Positions 1 to 14,300 are shown, numbered from the stretch's first letter. The stretch: 64,000 bases of DNA from Ruditapes philippinarum (GCF_026571515.1 NW_026854897.1:124001-188000), one strand, 5' to 3'. Program-made: numbers and translations. Notes: generated from the letters alone by a model not told the origin.

Positions 1-8
1 GTTCCTGT

Positions 9-107
9 CACAGGCACGAGTATCGGACCTGGGACCACATTGATAAAAAACTTCTTTATTCATCTTAAATGTGTCTTTTCTTCCCATGTCCGATACTCGT
101 GCCTGTG
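9..107. mobile_element. 99-bp MITE with 8-bp target-site duplication
   Basis: TIR CACAGGCACGAGTATCGGAC (9-28) and its reverse complement ending at 107, flanked by identical GTTCCTGT at 1-8 and 108-115. Confidence 0.85.
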
Positions 108-1019
108 GTTCCTGTCTGCAACAAAATCCACGAACACATTTTATCAGGCATTTTTTGTCAATCAAGGCATTTTTGTCAATCAATTAATCAGATTCTAAAT
201 AATGTTACGTTTTATGGAAAAAAATAAGATCTGAATTGCATCAGATTGGTATTCTTGTCTGAGCGCTCAGCTATAACTTTTGGATCACAAACTTCGAAAC
301 GCACTTTTCAAGCTACATGCATATATACTGTAATCCCAAAGAAAGGCGGACGTCTACACTCAGTTGTCCATTTAGCCATCAAAAAATGTAGCCCAACAAA
401 TTGTGCGCTTTCTGGCTTTTTATTATATAGACGATGGTCGCCCTAAAGACAGACATCTATGAAAAATCAAATTATAAAATCGGTCGGTCTTGCAGTCGAA
501 ATATTGAGACTACAAAAATGCAGCATTAAGCCAAATAAGGACCGTTTTGTGTCTAAGCTTTATAAATAATAAATTCGCCCCCAATTTGAGGATTAATCTC
601 ACACAAAAGAGGAGAAAACAACAAATCTTTTGGCAACGGAGGGATCTCTTGAAAATCAAGTCTCTGCGTCTAATTAATGCATTAAGAAAAGGTGTATATG
701 TCCGACATTGTAAAACATGTATATATGATGCATGTATATAAAGAAATATACAAAGGACATTTGTCTAGTTCATCAAAAACTATGAAAAGAATGTTTCCTT
801 TTTTTTTCAAGCGATGTTTCGGACCAGAAGTCTTTAACATTTTACATTAATGCGAAAATATGAAAAAGGAAATATCTATTGAAACACATGGCCGCGATGA
901 TCCTGGATCGGTCACATGAGAAATTCTACATGGCAAATATTTTTACATTTATGTAGCAGTATCATAAATTATGTCACTGGGCGACGTCGAGGTCATCCTT
1001 GATCAAAATTTGCTCAAAA

Positions 1020-1535
1020 CAGCAAAATTGAAACTGTTGCAAGCTCGGTTTGAGTACCTGGGACAAAGAAGGCAACCCTTGTGAAAAAGAAGGCATTCCT
1101 TTGTCCCAGGTTTGATTGAACCTGTTCATGGACGGCAGTGGTTAGTGCAAGCTACCGTCCATATTCCCCAGCACTTTTAGCAGAATGAAATATTTAAATA
1201 TAAAATGTTGACATCATCCGCAGTTGAGTTTATAAACATGGACTTAACGTTTCGAGATTATGCTCTGCACAGCAAATTTTAAATAGAAAAGAATTCACTG
1301 TGCAAAATAGAGTAAATAAGAATTTTTCAAAAACGGCAAAATTGAAAAAAAAACAGAATCCCTAAAGAAAGCCCAACATGGCTAAATTGAAAATTGCAGG
1401 CTCGGTTTGATTGAGCTTGTTCATGGACTGAACTGCAAAGTGCAAGTCACCGTCAACGCCACCTAGCACCGGCTTAAGCAGAATTCAACATTTAAACACG
1501 AAAATGGTGATTTGGAAATTTGAAACATTCGCAGA
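1020..1535. repeat. Degenerate dimer of a ~130-nt structured core; homologous dimers in each triplicated unit
   Basis: Core AAAATTGAAA..TTGCAGGCTCGGTTTGATTGAGCYTGTTCATGGAC..TGCAAGCTACCGTC..CCTAGCACCGGCTTAAGCAGAAT at ~1024 and ~1385. It recurs at ~34135/34455, ~41425/41745 and ~48715/49025. Confidence 0.75.
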
Positions 1536-2199
1536 TGTGTTCATACAGCGGTCATCATGAAACCTTCAATGTGGCACAGTAGTGCCATTCAAAGCGGTGT
1601 ATGACCCCTACACGAGAAATGATGCTATTGGAAGACGACGCATAACGCTTCAAACAATTAATGCTTTAATTAATGCATGATATGTTGCACTTGATATAAG
1701 CACATGACACATGACAATGCGATACGATATTTGACTTTTACTTTATAATGCAATGAATAAATAAATAAACAAGAGGCCCATGATGGCCCTAGATCGCTTA
1801 CCTGTCGATTAAAGCTCTAACTGACAAAGAGAATTAATATTGGTAATTATAACTAAATACCGGGCACATGTTTCGGATATAGGTCAAATGATATAAAATT
1901 TTGATTATGCGTCTTAATTATGCATGTAGATTTAATAAAAAAGGGGTCAAAATGAAGGTCAACTTTATTCATCTTCAATGGCTTATCAAATAAAGTATGT
2001 TGTTCAATGCTTAAGGTTGCAGCTCCTACCACAAAAAGTAGGTCATTGAATATCGCCGAATACTTATAGATAAAGAACTAAGATTTCACAAACATCCCCG
2101 GCAAGTTTCATTTAAACTGACCACGAGCTTTACACTTTGCATTATTGAAGCAGGGCCTCAAATTTGCACAATTTTCCTTGGAAATTTCTTACATGAACA

Positions 2200-2290
2200 C
2201 CGCTTTGACGGAAATGACGCATACGTCAAGCTTATTGACCAATCAAAACAAGCGGAGCGATATTTGAAGAACCAAATTTGCGGTGGAGAA
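2200..2290 (+). promoter_or_regulatory. Putative ARHGAP11A proximal promoter (CCAAT box, CHR-like TTTGAA)
   Basis: CpG-richer patch ~90-150 bp upstream of the ATG at 2354, with CCAAT at 2239-2243, TTTGAA at 2263-2268 and CRE/ETS-like motifs near 2207-2228. Confidence 0.45.
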
Positions 2291-2353
2291 ATTTTTTAGA
2301 AAATTATGTGATCGCACCATTTATTAGCAACTGATCATCATTTTATTTCAGAA

Positions 2354-5300
2354 ATGAAGCACATCAGTTGTGTCGATAATCTATGTAACCTACAGGCCCT
2401 TATACGCCACGAATTAAGAGAGCTTGGAGTCAAAGTCCCAAAAGCAAAAAAGTTAAAACGTGGTGGCGGCCAAAAAAATCAGGTGAATATTTCAAGTCTA
2501 GATGTGAAATAAATTACATACTAAATTGCAAATTGAGGTGCTTTGATTTTGACAGAAATGCATGACCTTTGTAGCACTCAGTTGAAAACAAAAATCGGCC
2601 ACCAAAAAGTATGCATAATTTCAGCAAAAGGCAGCAAAATGGTTCAAATCATCAATTTAAAAAGATCAAATGAATAAAAAAAATCTTCAACTTTGAACAT
2701 TATGATGCATTTTATTTCCATAAATTGTTGACTGGCGGCAGTTTATAGATCCAGTGCACATTAAATTATCTGCTTGGGTTCTGGATTTCTTTTGTGAAAT
2801 GTTAACATTAAATATGTTCATTCCAGTGGTTTTACTTTTTAGATTTTACACTTGTTCTATTCAGAATTGAACAAGGACTGGAGACTGCATATTTCTTCTC
2901 CCGCTACAGATTCTGCTCTTAAATATAAGCAGACAAGTGGAATTTTCCAGCTTTGATACTTTTTGATGATTTCAACTTCGAGTCATTTCAGCTGCAAGAC
3001 GTATCGGCCCCGGACGTTTTGGCCCTTTACCAAATCTACCCCATATTTAGTTTAGAATAAGTCTAGTCTTACCTTTACATGGTTTATACCAGAATTTTAA
3101 TGGCATTTCCACAAATGAATTAATAAAAGGAATGAGAGAATTTATTGAATAATCAAACCTGATCAAATTATGATTTTGTAATTGAATGAGGCTAAAATAG
3201 TAGTAATCAAAACAAACAGAAAAGAACATAAACTTTATTAAACAAAACAGATTTTTATCTGGTTATTATCGACAAGCATTTTTTTTTTTTGAATTTGAAC
3301 GATTAAATGGCAAGACACAGAACAATACGTAATCATTACATGAAACAAACATTAATTATCAACAATAGTGAACAACTATTAAATAAATAGTGACGAGCTC
3401 CAGCAATACAAAACAACACATAACAGTTAAAAAATTCTACTTTCATGAAATAAAACAAACATTACATTGTAAACACATTTTTTATAAATAACATTTTTTT
3501 TACAATAAAAGTGACTTTCAATCAGAAGAATTTTTTAGGTATTATTGTAATTAACTTTGTTAATCTAAAAGTTTTTGCAGTTCATGAATTGTCTTATGAA
3601 TTTAGGAATAAGTGTCTTTATTTATTGTTACATCTTGAAAAAAATAACATTTATCTAAATAGTTAAATTAAGGGATCGGTAGATAATGGATCATTATTTA
3701 AAGATTAAAGTGTCTTAATGTTTGTGTGCCATCAATCAATCAATATACTACTTTTTTACTATTTAAAATATAGAAATTAATTTTTAAATGTAATAAAAAA
3801 GGGCCGAAACGTCTGCGGAAAAAGGCTGAAACGTCTAGGGGCTGATTTTTGCACAGGGGCCGAAACGTCCTGTTTGTCTTTTTGATAGTCATATGCTTGG
3901 ATATTTACCCAATGGGACTATTACATTACCTTAGTCATTTGGTTGATTATAATTTGTATTATTCTTAGACTTTAAATGCATAATGATTTATACATGGAAT
4001 AAAACTTGAAGGCCTTGCTTATGATAAGCTTTTATATAACATAAATTACGTCAAGAACAGGAAATGATGTAAATTTTATCTTACAACAGGGATTTTTTCC
4101 AGGATTTTGGGAACACAACCCATACCCATGGAATTGGGAATTTCAGCGGTGTTTTGTTAAAAATTGGGAAAAAATGCATGACTGAAATTTTGCAGTGTTT
4201 AAATGGATGCAAACAATTACCGTCTAGGATGGCATCTTCAAACATTTTTGAAGAAGCCCTTATTTGCAAAGATTTTAGAATTTTTATTCAATATTTTTAT
4301 TATTTAACTTTCAATTGGGATTTTTTCATGTGAATTGGGAAAATAATATACTATTTTCAATTGGGAATATGACCCAATAACGGCTATAAAATAAGCCAAA
4401 AAAAATCCCTGTACAAAGCAAAGTTTATATATTTTCAGGAAGTACATAAAGGACAAATATTTGGAAATTACTTAGCTCATGTACATTGTGTACATGTTCC
4501 AGACTGTGGATATGTTGCTAAGTAAGTATGACAGTTATAGATTAAATATGTTTCAAAGATATTTAAAGGATCTTTTTGATGTGATTAGTTTTAGAAATGT
4601 TAATTGTTATTCTTGTTGTAAAAAGTCCAAGTGACGAAATATTTTTTAGATATTTTCTTTTATTCCATTTTGTCCATTTGTATAAATGATAACTGGATAT
4701 GTGAACATGTCAAGATGATACAACATAGTTCTGTGAATAAAAATTGCTATTTAAGTTTATATAAAATTGAGTAAACTGAAATATTTGAAAAAGTATACTG
4801 TAAATTATAAAAATGAGAAACATGTGATGTTGCTATTGTATAAGTTTATATAAGGCTTATGTGTACCTAACTATTGTCTAGTGGGAAAAACTTCCATTAT
4901 TTTTTTACATATCTTATTCTATGTCTTTTAGGTTCCTTGTAGACGCTGCAGAGATAATATTAGAGAATATCGATAATGAAGGTGTGTTTAGGAAGTCTGG
5001 GGCTGTCAGTAGACAAAAGGAAATCAAGGTATTAAACAGGTTATACTTGTTTGGTTGTTAATGCTGCTCATATTTTTACATAATTTCAAGGATTGTGTTT
5101 ATATTTGGCATGAAAGAAAGTTATAACTTATATCAAAACACAGGCCAATATGATTTTTTATCTCCAATCAACTCAGTTTTGATATATATATAGTTATGTC
5201 CCTGCCCTTTTTATGCAATTTTGAAGTGAAATTATTGGTTTCAACAGACTAACTTTTGAACAATTTCAATGATTATGTTTATATTTGGCATGCAGAAATA

Positions 5301-8300
5301 TCAAAACTACTCCTGATCAATTTTCATTGCAATCAACTCAGTCTCAATAATTAGAAGCATGATGCCCCTTTTCAGTAAATTTTCTGTGAAATTATTAGTT
5401 GGATTAGGATTTCACTGAATGTGTTTATATTTGACATGCAAGTATGTAATATTAAAACACATGTTAAGCTTGAATATCGTTGCAAACTGCTCATTGCAAC
5501 CTTGATTTAATTTCCTGTACTGAAAATGATATATAAAGTCATAATGTTCATCTTCTATTGCAAATATATTGTATTTTAATCTTTTACATTTGATGGAAAT
5601 GTCATAATCTGATAATATTAAATTTGCTATATTTCTTTAAGACATATTTTTGTATAATATATCATATTATGATAAATTCATATGTGGAGCTCTTGTTTAA
5701 AAAGGGTTGTATGTCTCCACAATTTTCATCTGCTGAAAAAAGTAGTATATATTACAAAGTTATTTCTGACTTTTAATATTCTTCCAGCAACAATTGGAGA
5801 ATGGTACAGGTTTTGTTGGGGCTAATGTTCATGATGTAACAGCTTTGGTAAAACAGTTTTTCCGGGAGCTACCAGAACCACTGTTTACAAGTACTTACCA
5901 TGACACATTTGTACGATGTCATCAAATCGAGGACAAAGAGCTTTCAACTCGTGCAATATTGTTACTGTGTTTGTTGTTGCCAGCTGAGCATATAAGCACG
6001 CTACAGTTCACCTTGAGACTGTTGGCAAAAATCACGCAACATGCGGAGAAAAATAAAATGGACAGTACTAATTTGGCTGTAGTTATAGCACCAAATATAA
6101 TGCATGTGAACAGCAAAACAGAAACAATGAAATCGTGTGAGGAGAGGTTACTGCAGGTAGGTATATTTTGTTTGTGGTTATGTGAATGAAGACAGGATTT
6201 TGAGAGAAAGACAAAATTAAGTGCATTCTACATAGAGGGGGTGAGGATTGGTTCAAGTAAATGAAATAAAGTTCAAAATTGAATGCACTATGTTTATGCC
6301 ATAAGGTTGCAGTTTAAGATGACTATATTTTGTATGAAATACACCACTAGGAATAGTAGTTTTTGTACTACTAATCTAGAGATAATAACTCTGTGTTTTG
6401 GGCTCAGGCATCTGTGGTATAACTGCTCATTTAGCATGGCATTAAGCTTATGGGTACTTCTCTTTTGTATAAAATAAACTATTGAGAAATAAAAAAAGTA
6501 TTTTTTTACTAACTATTGAAACAATAATTGATGTCATGATATTTATGATCAGGTACAGACATCTGTGGTAGAATTGTTAATCGAGCATGCAGAAGAAGTT
6601 GGAATGATAGATGAACAGATGGCAGAAAAGACTGCATTCATGTCTGAGGTGTTCAGTACAGATGATGAGTTAGATGCCAGTGAAGATAACCTCGATGATA
6701 CAAAAGAGAATAGGAAGAAAGAGAAAAAGAGGAAAAGAAGTGGTTCCTTCCAAGGTAAACTGTTTTTCCCCAATAACTTTTTATGCCCCCACAATGTGGG
6801 AGCATATAGCGTTGCACTTGTCCGTCCGTCCGTCAGTCCGTACCTCCCGAAATCTTGTGAACGCAACTCCTCTTAAACCGGATGGCAGATTTTGCTTAAA
6901 CTTACAGGGATGAACAACCTTAATGTGTAGATGGTAGTAAAGGAAGGAATTTTCACTGCGACCAAATTTAACAGAATTATGGCCCTTTGTTGATTTTTTC
7001 ACTTGATACTATGTAGAAATTTTGTGAACGCAACTCCTCTTAAACCGGATGGCAGATTTTGCTTAAACTTACAGGGATGAACAACCTTAATGTGTAGATG
7101 GTAGTAAAGGAAGGAATTTTTGCTGCGACCAAATTTAACAGAATTATGGCCCTTTGTTGATTTTTTCACTATATACTATGTAGAAATTTTGTGAACGCAA
7201 CTCCTCTTAAACCGGATGGCAGATTTTGCTTAAACTTCCAGGGATGAACAACCTTAATGTGTAGATGGCAGTAAAGGAAGGAATTTTTGCTGCAACCAAA
7301 TTTAACAGAATTATGGCCCTTTTTTTATTTTTTCATTATTTACTATGTAGAAATTTTGTGAACGCAACTCCTTTTAAACTGGATTGCAGATTTTGCTTAA
7401 ACTTCCAGGGATTAACAACCTTAATGTGTAGATGGTAATAAAGGAAGGAATTTTTGCTGCGACCAAATTTAACAGAATTATGGCCCTTTGTTGATTTTTA
7501 GTTTTCAACTTGTGGCACATGTAGTCCAAAAAATATTTGACCTAGAGTCATAAGATTGACAGAACAGTGGCGTGTGGGGGCATCCGTGTCCTATGGACAC
7601 ATTTCTAGTTCTTTTGATGTTTATTGCCAGCTGTAAACATGATAGGCTGTTTGCTGACATATAATAGTCAGGTCACATGGGAGATACTTTCATGAATGCA
7701 TTATTGTAAATTATGCAATAATTTTTCATTTTATCCAGTAAGCAATACTTTCAGTTATTTTCTGTATATCATCATGGGAATATATTGAATATTTGGCATG
7801 CTGTAGAGCTGGCTAGGTATTTCTAGGGTTATATCTGTTATACAGGGTTTGTTAGCAGCATAGCCCAGAGTATAACAAAGTGGAGGAAAAGTACAGATGG
7901 TAAAACAAACACCAGTGGTTTCAGTCAGGGCTCTAACATGAGTCATGTGAGTGTAGGGCACACAAGGTCACACCCAGAGCAGTCAGATGATGGTCAGGTG
8001 TATCAGTTTACTGCGACTGAGGCTACCCCAGTTGTTAGGAGGAAAAAACCAACACATCTTGCTGAGGGGAAGGCTTTTTCAGCATCTAAAAAGTAAAAAA
8101 TAATGTTTTACAGTATATTATGTATGTCATCATATCTTAAAAATCAATTTCTTTTTCTTTCTTTCCATATTAATGCCTATCCATTATGTAATATGTAATG
8201 ATAACATTCTTGATTTAAAGATTTGAAAATATTTCTTATATATGTTTTGTAATAAAGGCAATTGGCTCTAGATTAATTGTGCATGAAGTTAAATGTTGGG

Positions 8301-11300
8301 GTTTCTCAAACTTAACTCCTGAAAAAGGCAATTATTAAAACAATTGACAAATTTTCGATCTCTGAAATTGTTAATTAGTTCAATTAAATTTCTACAAACC
8401 TTTAGTTTTTCCTTTAAACTTGTATCCATTGTTTTATTTATCTATTTATTTATTTGTTGTTGTTGTTTTTTTTCTTCTTCAGAAAAGCTATATTGAATCA
8501 GTTACCACAAGGTGCCACTCTTGCCAGTACACCATTCACACCAGCTACTGGGGTGAAAAGGATGGATTTAAATGGTAGGATCATACTTGGTCTATCTTTG
8601 GTTGATTATGAATGGAATAGATATCAAGATGTTAATTTTAAACAGGTTTTTAGTTCATCTGCTGTCTACAGTAAAATTCACTCAAGATTGGGTTTTGTAA
8701 TCACTATCATTTCTTACCTGTTTTAATATTCTTTTCTTTAAGAATAGTTTCCTCTCAAATTAAAAGGATGTGTCCCAGCTCTGGCAAAAGCCCTAAATTA
8801 CGTAATGTTTGGAAAGTTCATTTATATTCTTTTCTTCCTATAAGAAATATAAAATTCCCATTTGTGTATGCTAATTTCATCAAAAACATAGAATTTCACA
8901 AAATAATTTGTAATGCAGGTGTGAAACGTGGGGTTCATGATACTCCCAGCATGCCACCACGACCTTACATGACACCTAGGCACAGTATGAAAACACCGAG
9001 GAAAAAGTTGACATTGTTCAGTCCTGCAAGCACAACTAAGAAGAAGAGGTATATTTGTACTAACTACATGTATCTTTGTTTTATTTACTTTTTTCCATAA
9101 TTTTATTATATTATAAATATAACTCTGGTTGAAGAGTTCAACATTTTACTAAATTTCATTTGTTATAATCTGTATCTTGTATTTACCTTTAATTGAAAAT
9201 ATGGAGGATATTGAATGAGCATAAGTTCAATACTAAAGTTATTGGATGAGATAAAATGAATCATATAATATGAGCCTTTGGTGAGCATATTTTTTATTCA
9301 ATAAGTTCAATAAATTTAGTATTGAACCTACATGTATATAATATTATATTTATCACATATCCAAAGTGAGAACAGTTTACAGTCATTTTTCATTAACACG
9401 CCTATAGTGTGATGCCAACAGTAGTGCATTTTTACACTACTTAATAACACCAATGACGTCATGTTGCATTGGTATTGCTAGTGTAATATTGTTTTTATTC
9501 AAATGGCTTAATTATGTTCACTCCTGAACTGTGGATTATGTGATAAATATATATTTCATTGTGTACTATATCTAATTAACCTATGTTAAGCTGTTATAAA
9601 ATATAGGGCTATCCCAATACGTTCATATTTTCTCAGATTTGCTCCAACTAATTCAATTAAGAATAAACAGAATATATAAAAAACAACAACTTAATGCTTT
9701 TGCAAAACTCAAAATATGCAAATTGCAGCAATATTCTTATAAACAAGCTTAACGTTTTGAGCTCAATTCATGTGTATGCAGTAACACCAAGTGTATTGAG
9801 CTTTTTTCTCTCCCTAGTCAAGCTTACAAAGTTTAATATAATCTTAATTTGATGTTAAAGATATATCTAAAAATATTTTTATATATATACAGAATTGAGG
9901 TTTTTCACTTTCTTTTTCTTTTAGGGCTAAGTTTACCACAAAGTTTTCTTTGTGTTCAGTAGGTTTCATTTAAGAAATAATACCTTACCTATATAACTGC
10001 TACTGTACAGTATATATAATTTCTCAGTAATATTTGACTGCTCTATGTTTTTAATCTCCTTGCATACTCTACAGTTACTGCTTGTTTTAGAATGATGTTT
10101 ACAAAGTTTTATTCAAGATTTATTTTTATCAATCTGACTGCTTTCTACTCACTTGCAACTTGAACACTGCTGTGTAATTATTACAGTCTTAGGCTTCTTA
10201 GATTTAAAACATTGCTCTGCAGACATTTTCACAAAAAATCTTAAGTTAAATCTTAAGTCATTTTCACAAAGCCACTCGTAAGTTAAAATTTTATCTTAAG
10301 ATAATCTTAAGATAAAAAATTCACTCACGATAAATCTTACGATAAAAACATCCCTAGCAATGTTCATTTGATATTGATAGGCATGTTCTATATTTGATTC
10401 CGGTTTTAAAATTTAAGTAATAAAGAGCTTGAAATATGTATTGAACACAATCAAATTTCAATAAGAACAAAAAAATGATTCAAACTAATATATTTTCTAT
10501 CTTGATTGAAAATAATTATATGTATCTAAGTGATTCAGCTACGTTATTGCTAAGGGATTAATAAATAAAAAGGTGCCACTAGTACATGATGGCAATAAAA
10601 TCGAACTCACAAAATTGTATAAATTATTAGTTTTCAATAATACTACAGTATAGTTCACATTTAAACTATTCATAACCCTCTTCATCGTGACATCAACAAG
10701 TCATGACGTCACAAATGTTTATGTTGAAAAATAATTATACCTTAATTTGTGTTATTTATAACATATTGTTTGCTTTATATATATTTGTCCTCCAATTTTT
10801 TGTTTGTTTTATTCAGATTAGGTAAGAGATACATGATATTTTACCCTTAAGAGAGAAAAAATTACACTTACGAACGGGGAACACCTATCGTAAAGTTACG
10901 ACAGATTTTGCACTTAAGATAGTCGTAAGATTTTTTGTGAAAATGTCTGCAGAGCTATAACATGGTTTTAATCAGCTCTGTATTACAAAATGACCATGGG
11001 GTAGTCTATACATCTGTCAGAAGTTGTAGTCAGTAGTCCTCTTTAAATTTTTAAATTGTGGAATAAAAGATCATCCAATTTGTTACAGAGAAGTGTTTTT
11101 TTCCAAAGTTTAAGATTTTGTTCTTGAAAGTCACTATTTAATTTAAGATTATATGTAAGCACTTATAAGCAGTGTTTTACTTGCACAGGGTGTAGGTTTA
11201 TATAACCTGTATTCTCATAGATAATGTAATCACATTGGTTCATGGTTATTTATTAGAGATTGGAGACTAATACATATGCAGGACTTTTATGATTTTTTGT

Positions 11301-14300
11301 CATAAGTCAATGAAAATTTGAATGGAATATAAGCCAATCAAAATGTCTCCAAATCTCAAATTCTTTGACTCTGAACACTTTGCATGATTAGATTTTCTCC
11401 ATGTTATTTTGTTGTGCAAAAAATTGAATGCAAAATTTTTAGAAATGTTTGTATTTTGAAAAACCTATGCCCAGGTAGGGAACTACAGATTGTAATGGAG
11501 AAAGTCTAATTTTCTGTGTAATCATTATCCTAATCATCATTGTGTATCGTTCATTCATCATCAGGTATTCATCAACAACGAACCTATCTTTAAACTCTGC
11601 TGGTAAGAAAACGGGAAAATCAAAGGGAATATTTCGCCGGCTGAGCGGTAGCAAGGGGGACCAGGTAGCGTATTTGTTGTCATTGCTTAATGTGACTGTT
11701 TTGTTAAGTTTGTGTATGGCTTTAGTGAAAAACATTGCCCATTTAAGGCATGAATTACATGAATAATGATGTCCCACAAAGTCAAACTATATGAACATAA
11801 AACTATTTCCCAAATGCTGAGGCATTTGTACAAAAATCTTTGTAAAACCTGGTGGATAGTTGAATTTCCAACTCCCACATGTGAAATGGACTTTCCTCTG
11901 GATATTATTTTGCCAAGCTTTACCTATTAGAGAAGTAAATGAAACAAAATCAACTGTTCATGACGATAAATAACTGTTAAAGATTGACTTGTTGCATAAT
12001 TTTTGTATGTGTTGTGTCGTTATATGTACAAAGTTATGTTGCTATGGCTATTGCTTAGTTTGCAAGGGAATTGGCAATTGATTCAATGTTGTCAAAACAT
12101 CACTTGCTATTGGCTTATAGTCAGTTTTTACTTAAGCATCTCTTGCCAAGTTCTTTATTTCACAGACATGAAATGATAAGATGCCCCCTGCTACTTGCAT
12201 TTATTTCCAATAAAGTCACATAACAATTTTATTTTAATGATAATTTTGGGCTTTTGCAATGGGCATGGCATTGACTTAAAATGACTGCAATGGCTTTAAG
12301 TAATATTTTAGTTTCTATTCCAGATATTCATTTGATAACCCTACTTTCTAATGTCATTTATAAGTCGACCAGCTTAATTATCCACCGCAAAATGTTGATA
12401 CCCTCAAAAATTTCTGAATTGATTAAAAAATACTGTTTATTGATAATGAAAACATACTGTCACTTAATGGATATAATTCTCTGGTAACCAAAGTCTGTAC
12501 ATAGCTTACTGAAATATGATACTGCATGTTTGTAACAATGTTTTTCATTGGACAAGAATTATTATGCCATTTATATTAATTGTATACATGGCATTTGCGT
12601 ATTTATGAATTGTTTGTATTTTTTTCCCAAAGAAAGTGATTAACTTACTGTTAAAATGTTATAAGGACTTGCGATAGGTTTTATGGTTGTGTGTGTCTAT
12701 TGTTTGCTATTTAACCCATGGGGGATATAAGCTTGATGCCATATAACCTGTCTAATGTTTTCTTCAGTCATGACATTTTTTACCATGAATAGTTTTGTTT
12801 ATATAATATTTCCAGAATGACATATTGCTATTTAGGCTATAGGTAGCTATTAAATTCACATCATTTACCTGACACACCATTCTGTGTTATTCTGTAGGTG
12901 CTGTTTTTTTTTGCTATATGTACATGTATATACAAAACTGCCTAATGCTTGCTTGATCTGAGTAACCAGATTAACAATTAATCATACAAGAGTATATTTG
13001 TTTACATACAAAATGTCAACATACTAAATAATGTAAATACTTGATTCACAACAAAAATCACTTTTAATTATTGAAACAGAAAACTTGCATCCAAAATTTA
13101 GACAATTTTGTGTTTACTCTATCAATCCTATTTGTCTTGAAGGATTTTCTTTTAAACTGGGTTCAGATGTTCACCTGAACAAATTGATATGCAGAATTCA
13201 TTCCCCCATTATGCTGGTTCAAGGTCACACTTGAAGGTCAAATGTCAGATAATCTCTAGACCCCTCTATAGATCCTTTACACCTTAAAGGATTTTCTTCG
13301 AATATGTCCCTGCTTTGTAACTGTTGTTTCAAGGTATTGGTCACATTGCATAAATGTTCATCTTGAAAAATAATGATAAATTGACCAACATAAAATCTTG
13401 TGTCATATAGATGGTAATGGTTTTTGCCACTCCTGTACTAGCTCTAGTTTTATGCTGTTATTTCTGTTAAATCTCGAACAAAATCAGGAGAAGCTTTTAG
13501 TAAATGGCAAAATTTTAGGTATTTGTAATAATGATATTACATTGATTAAATGTAGTGAAATCTTTAGAAGTTTTGGCAGTGTATATTTCAATGATACTTT
13601 ATTGCATTTCTGATAGATTTCGCTAGAAAGAATAGAATAACACAAGATATACATGTGTGATTATATAATTCTGCTGATAGAATGTCTTAAACTCTTTATG
13701 CTGTATCATAATCATGCAAAGTCTGTCTTTCCTATTTAAATGTATGTATAATATACAAAAGTTATATGCAGGTATCAGGGTTGCAAAGTAATGGCAACAA
13801 TGTTAGATAAAAAAAAAAATCATTGTATAGCTTTTATCTTTGTGATGATTAAGTTATTCATATTTTTTTTATTGTCACATGTTTTTAAATAAATCTTTTA
13901 AACAATTTTCTAGTTTTCAAAAAAATGGTGACATTCATAAGTCATCACTCCTTGCCTTGTATTGTGACATTGAAACTTAAAGGCCCAACTGGACTATAAA
14001 AGCCAGTAGATGGCGCTAGGGCAGGTTTCTTATTAATTTTATGCATGCTTCACTTCAGGGACCCTTTTTCAAAGATTTAAGATTAATTACCAAATGCATT
14101 TAAACAACACTTGGCATGTATGTAGGCATAGATATTCTTGATATAGATTGACCAAAATTATTCAAAATAAAACTTTGTTAAGTGTGTTTCTGGAAAAAAA
14201 TACTGGCTGTCAAATTTGAAATTTGAATTTCCATGGGAGGAGCCAACTGATCATTACAGGTCATGAACCTTCAGTAGTAAACAGATGCACGTGGCAGTGT

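Noticed and set aside
5794-6189. Stand-alone truncated RhoGAP ORF (ARHGAP11B-like)
   Set aside because: It is exon 4 of ARHGAP11A reading through its donor at 6156.
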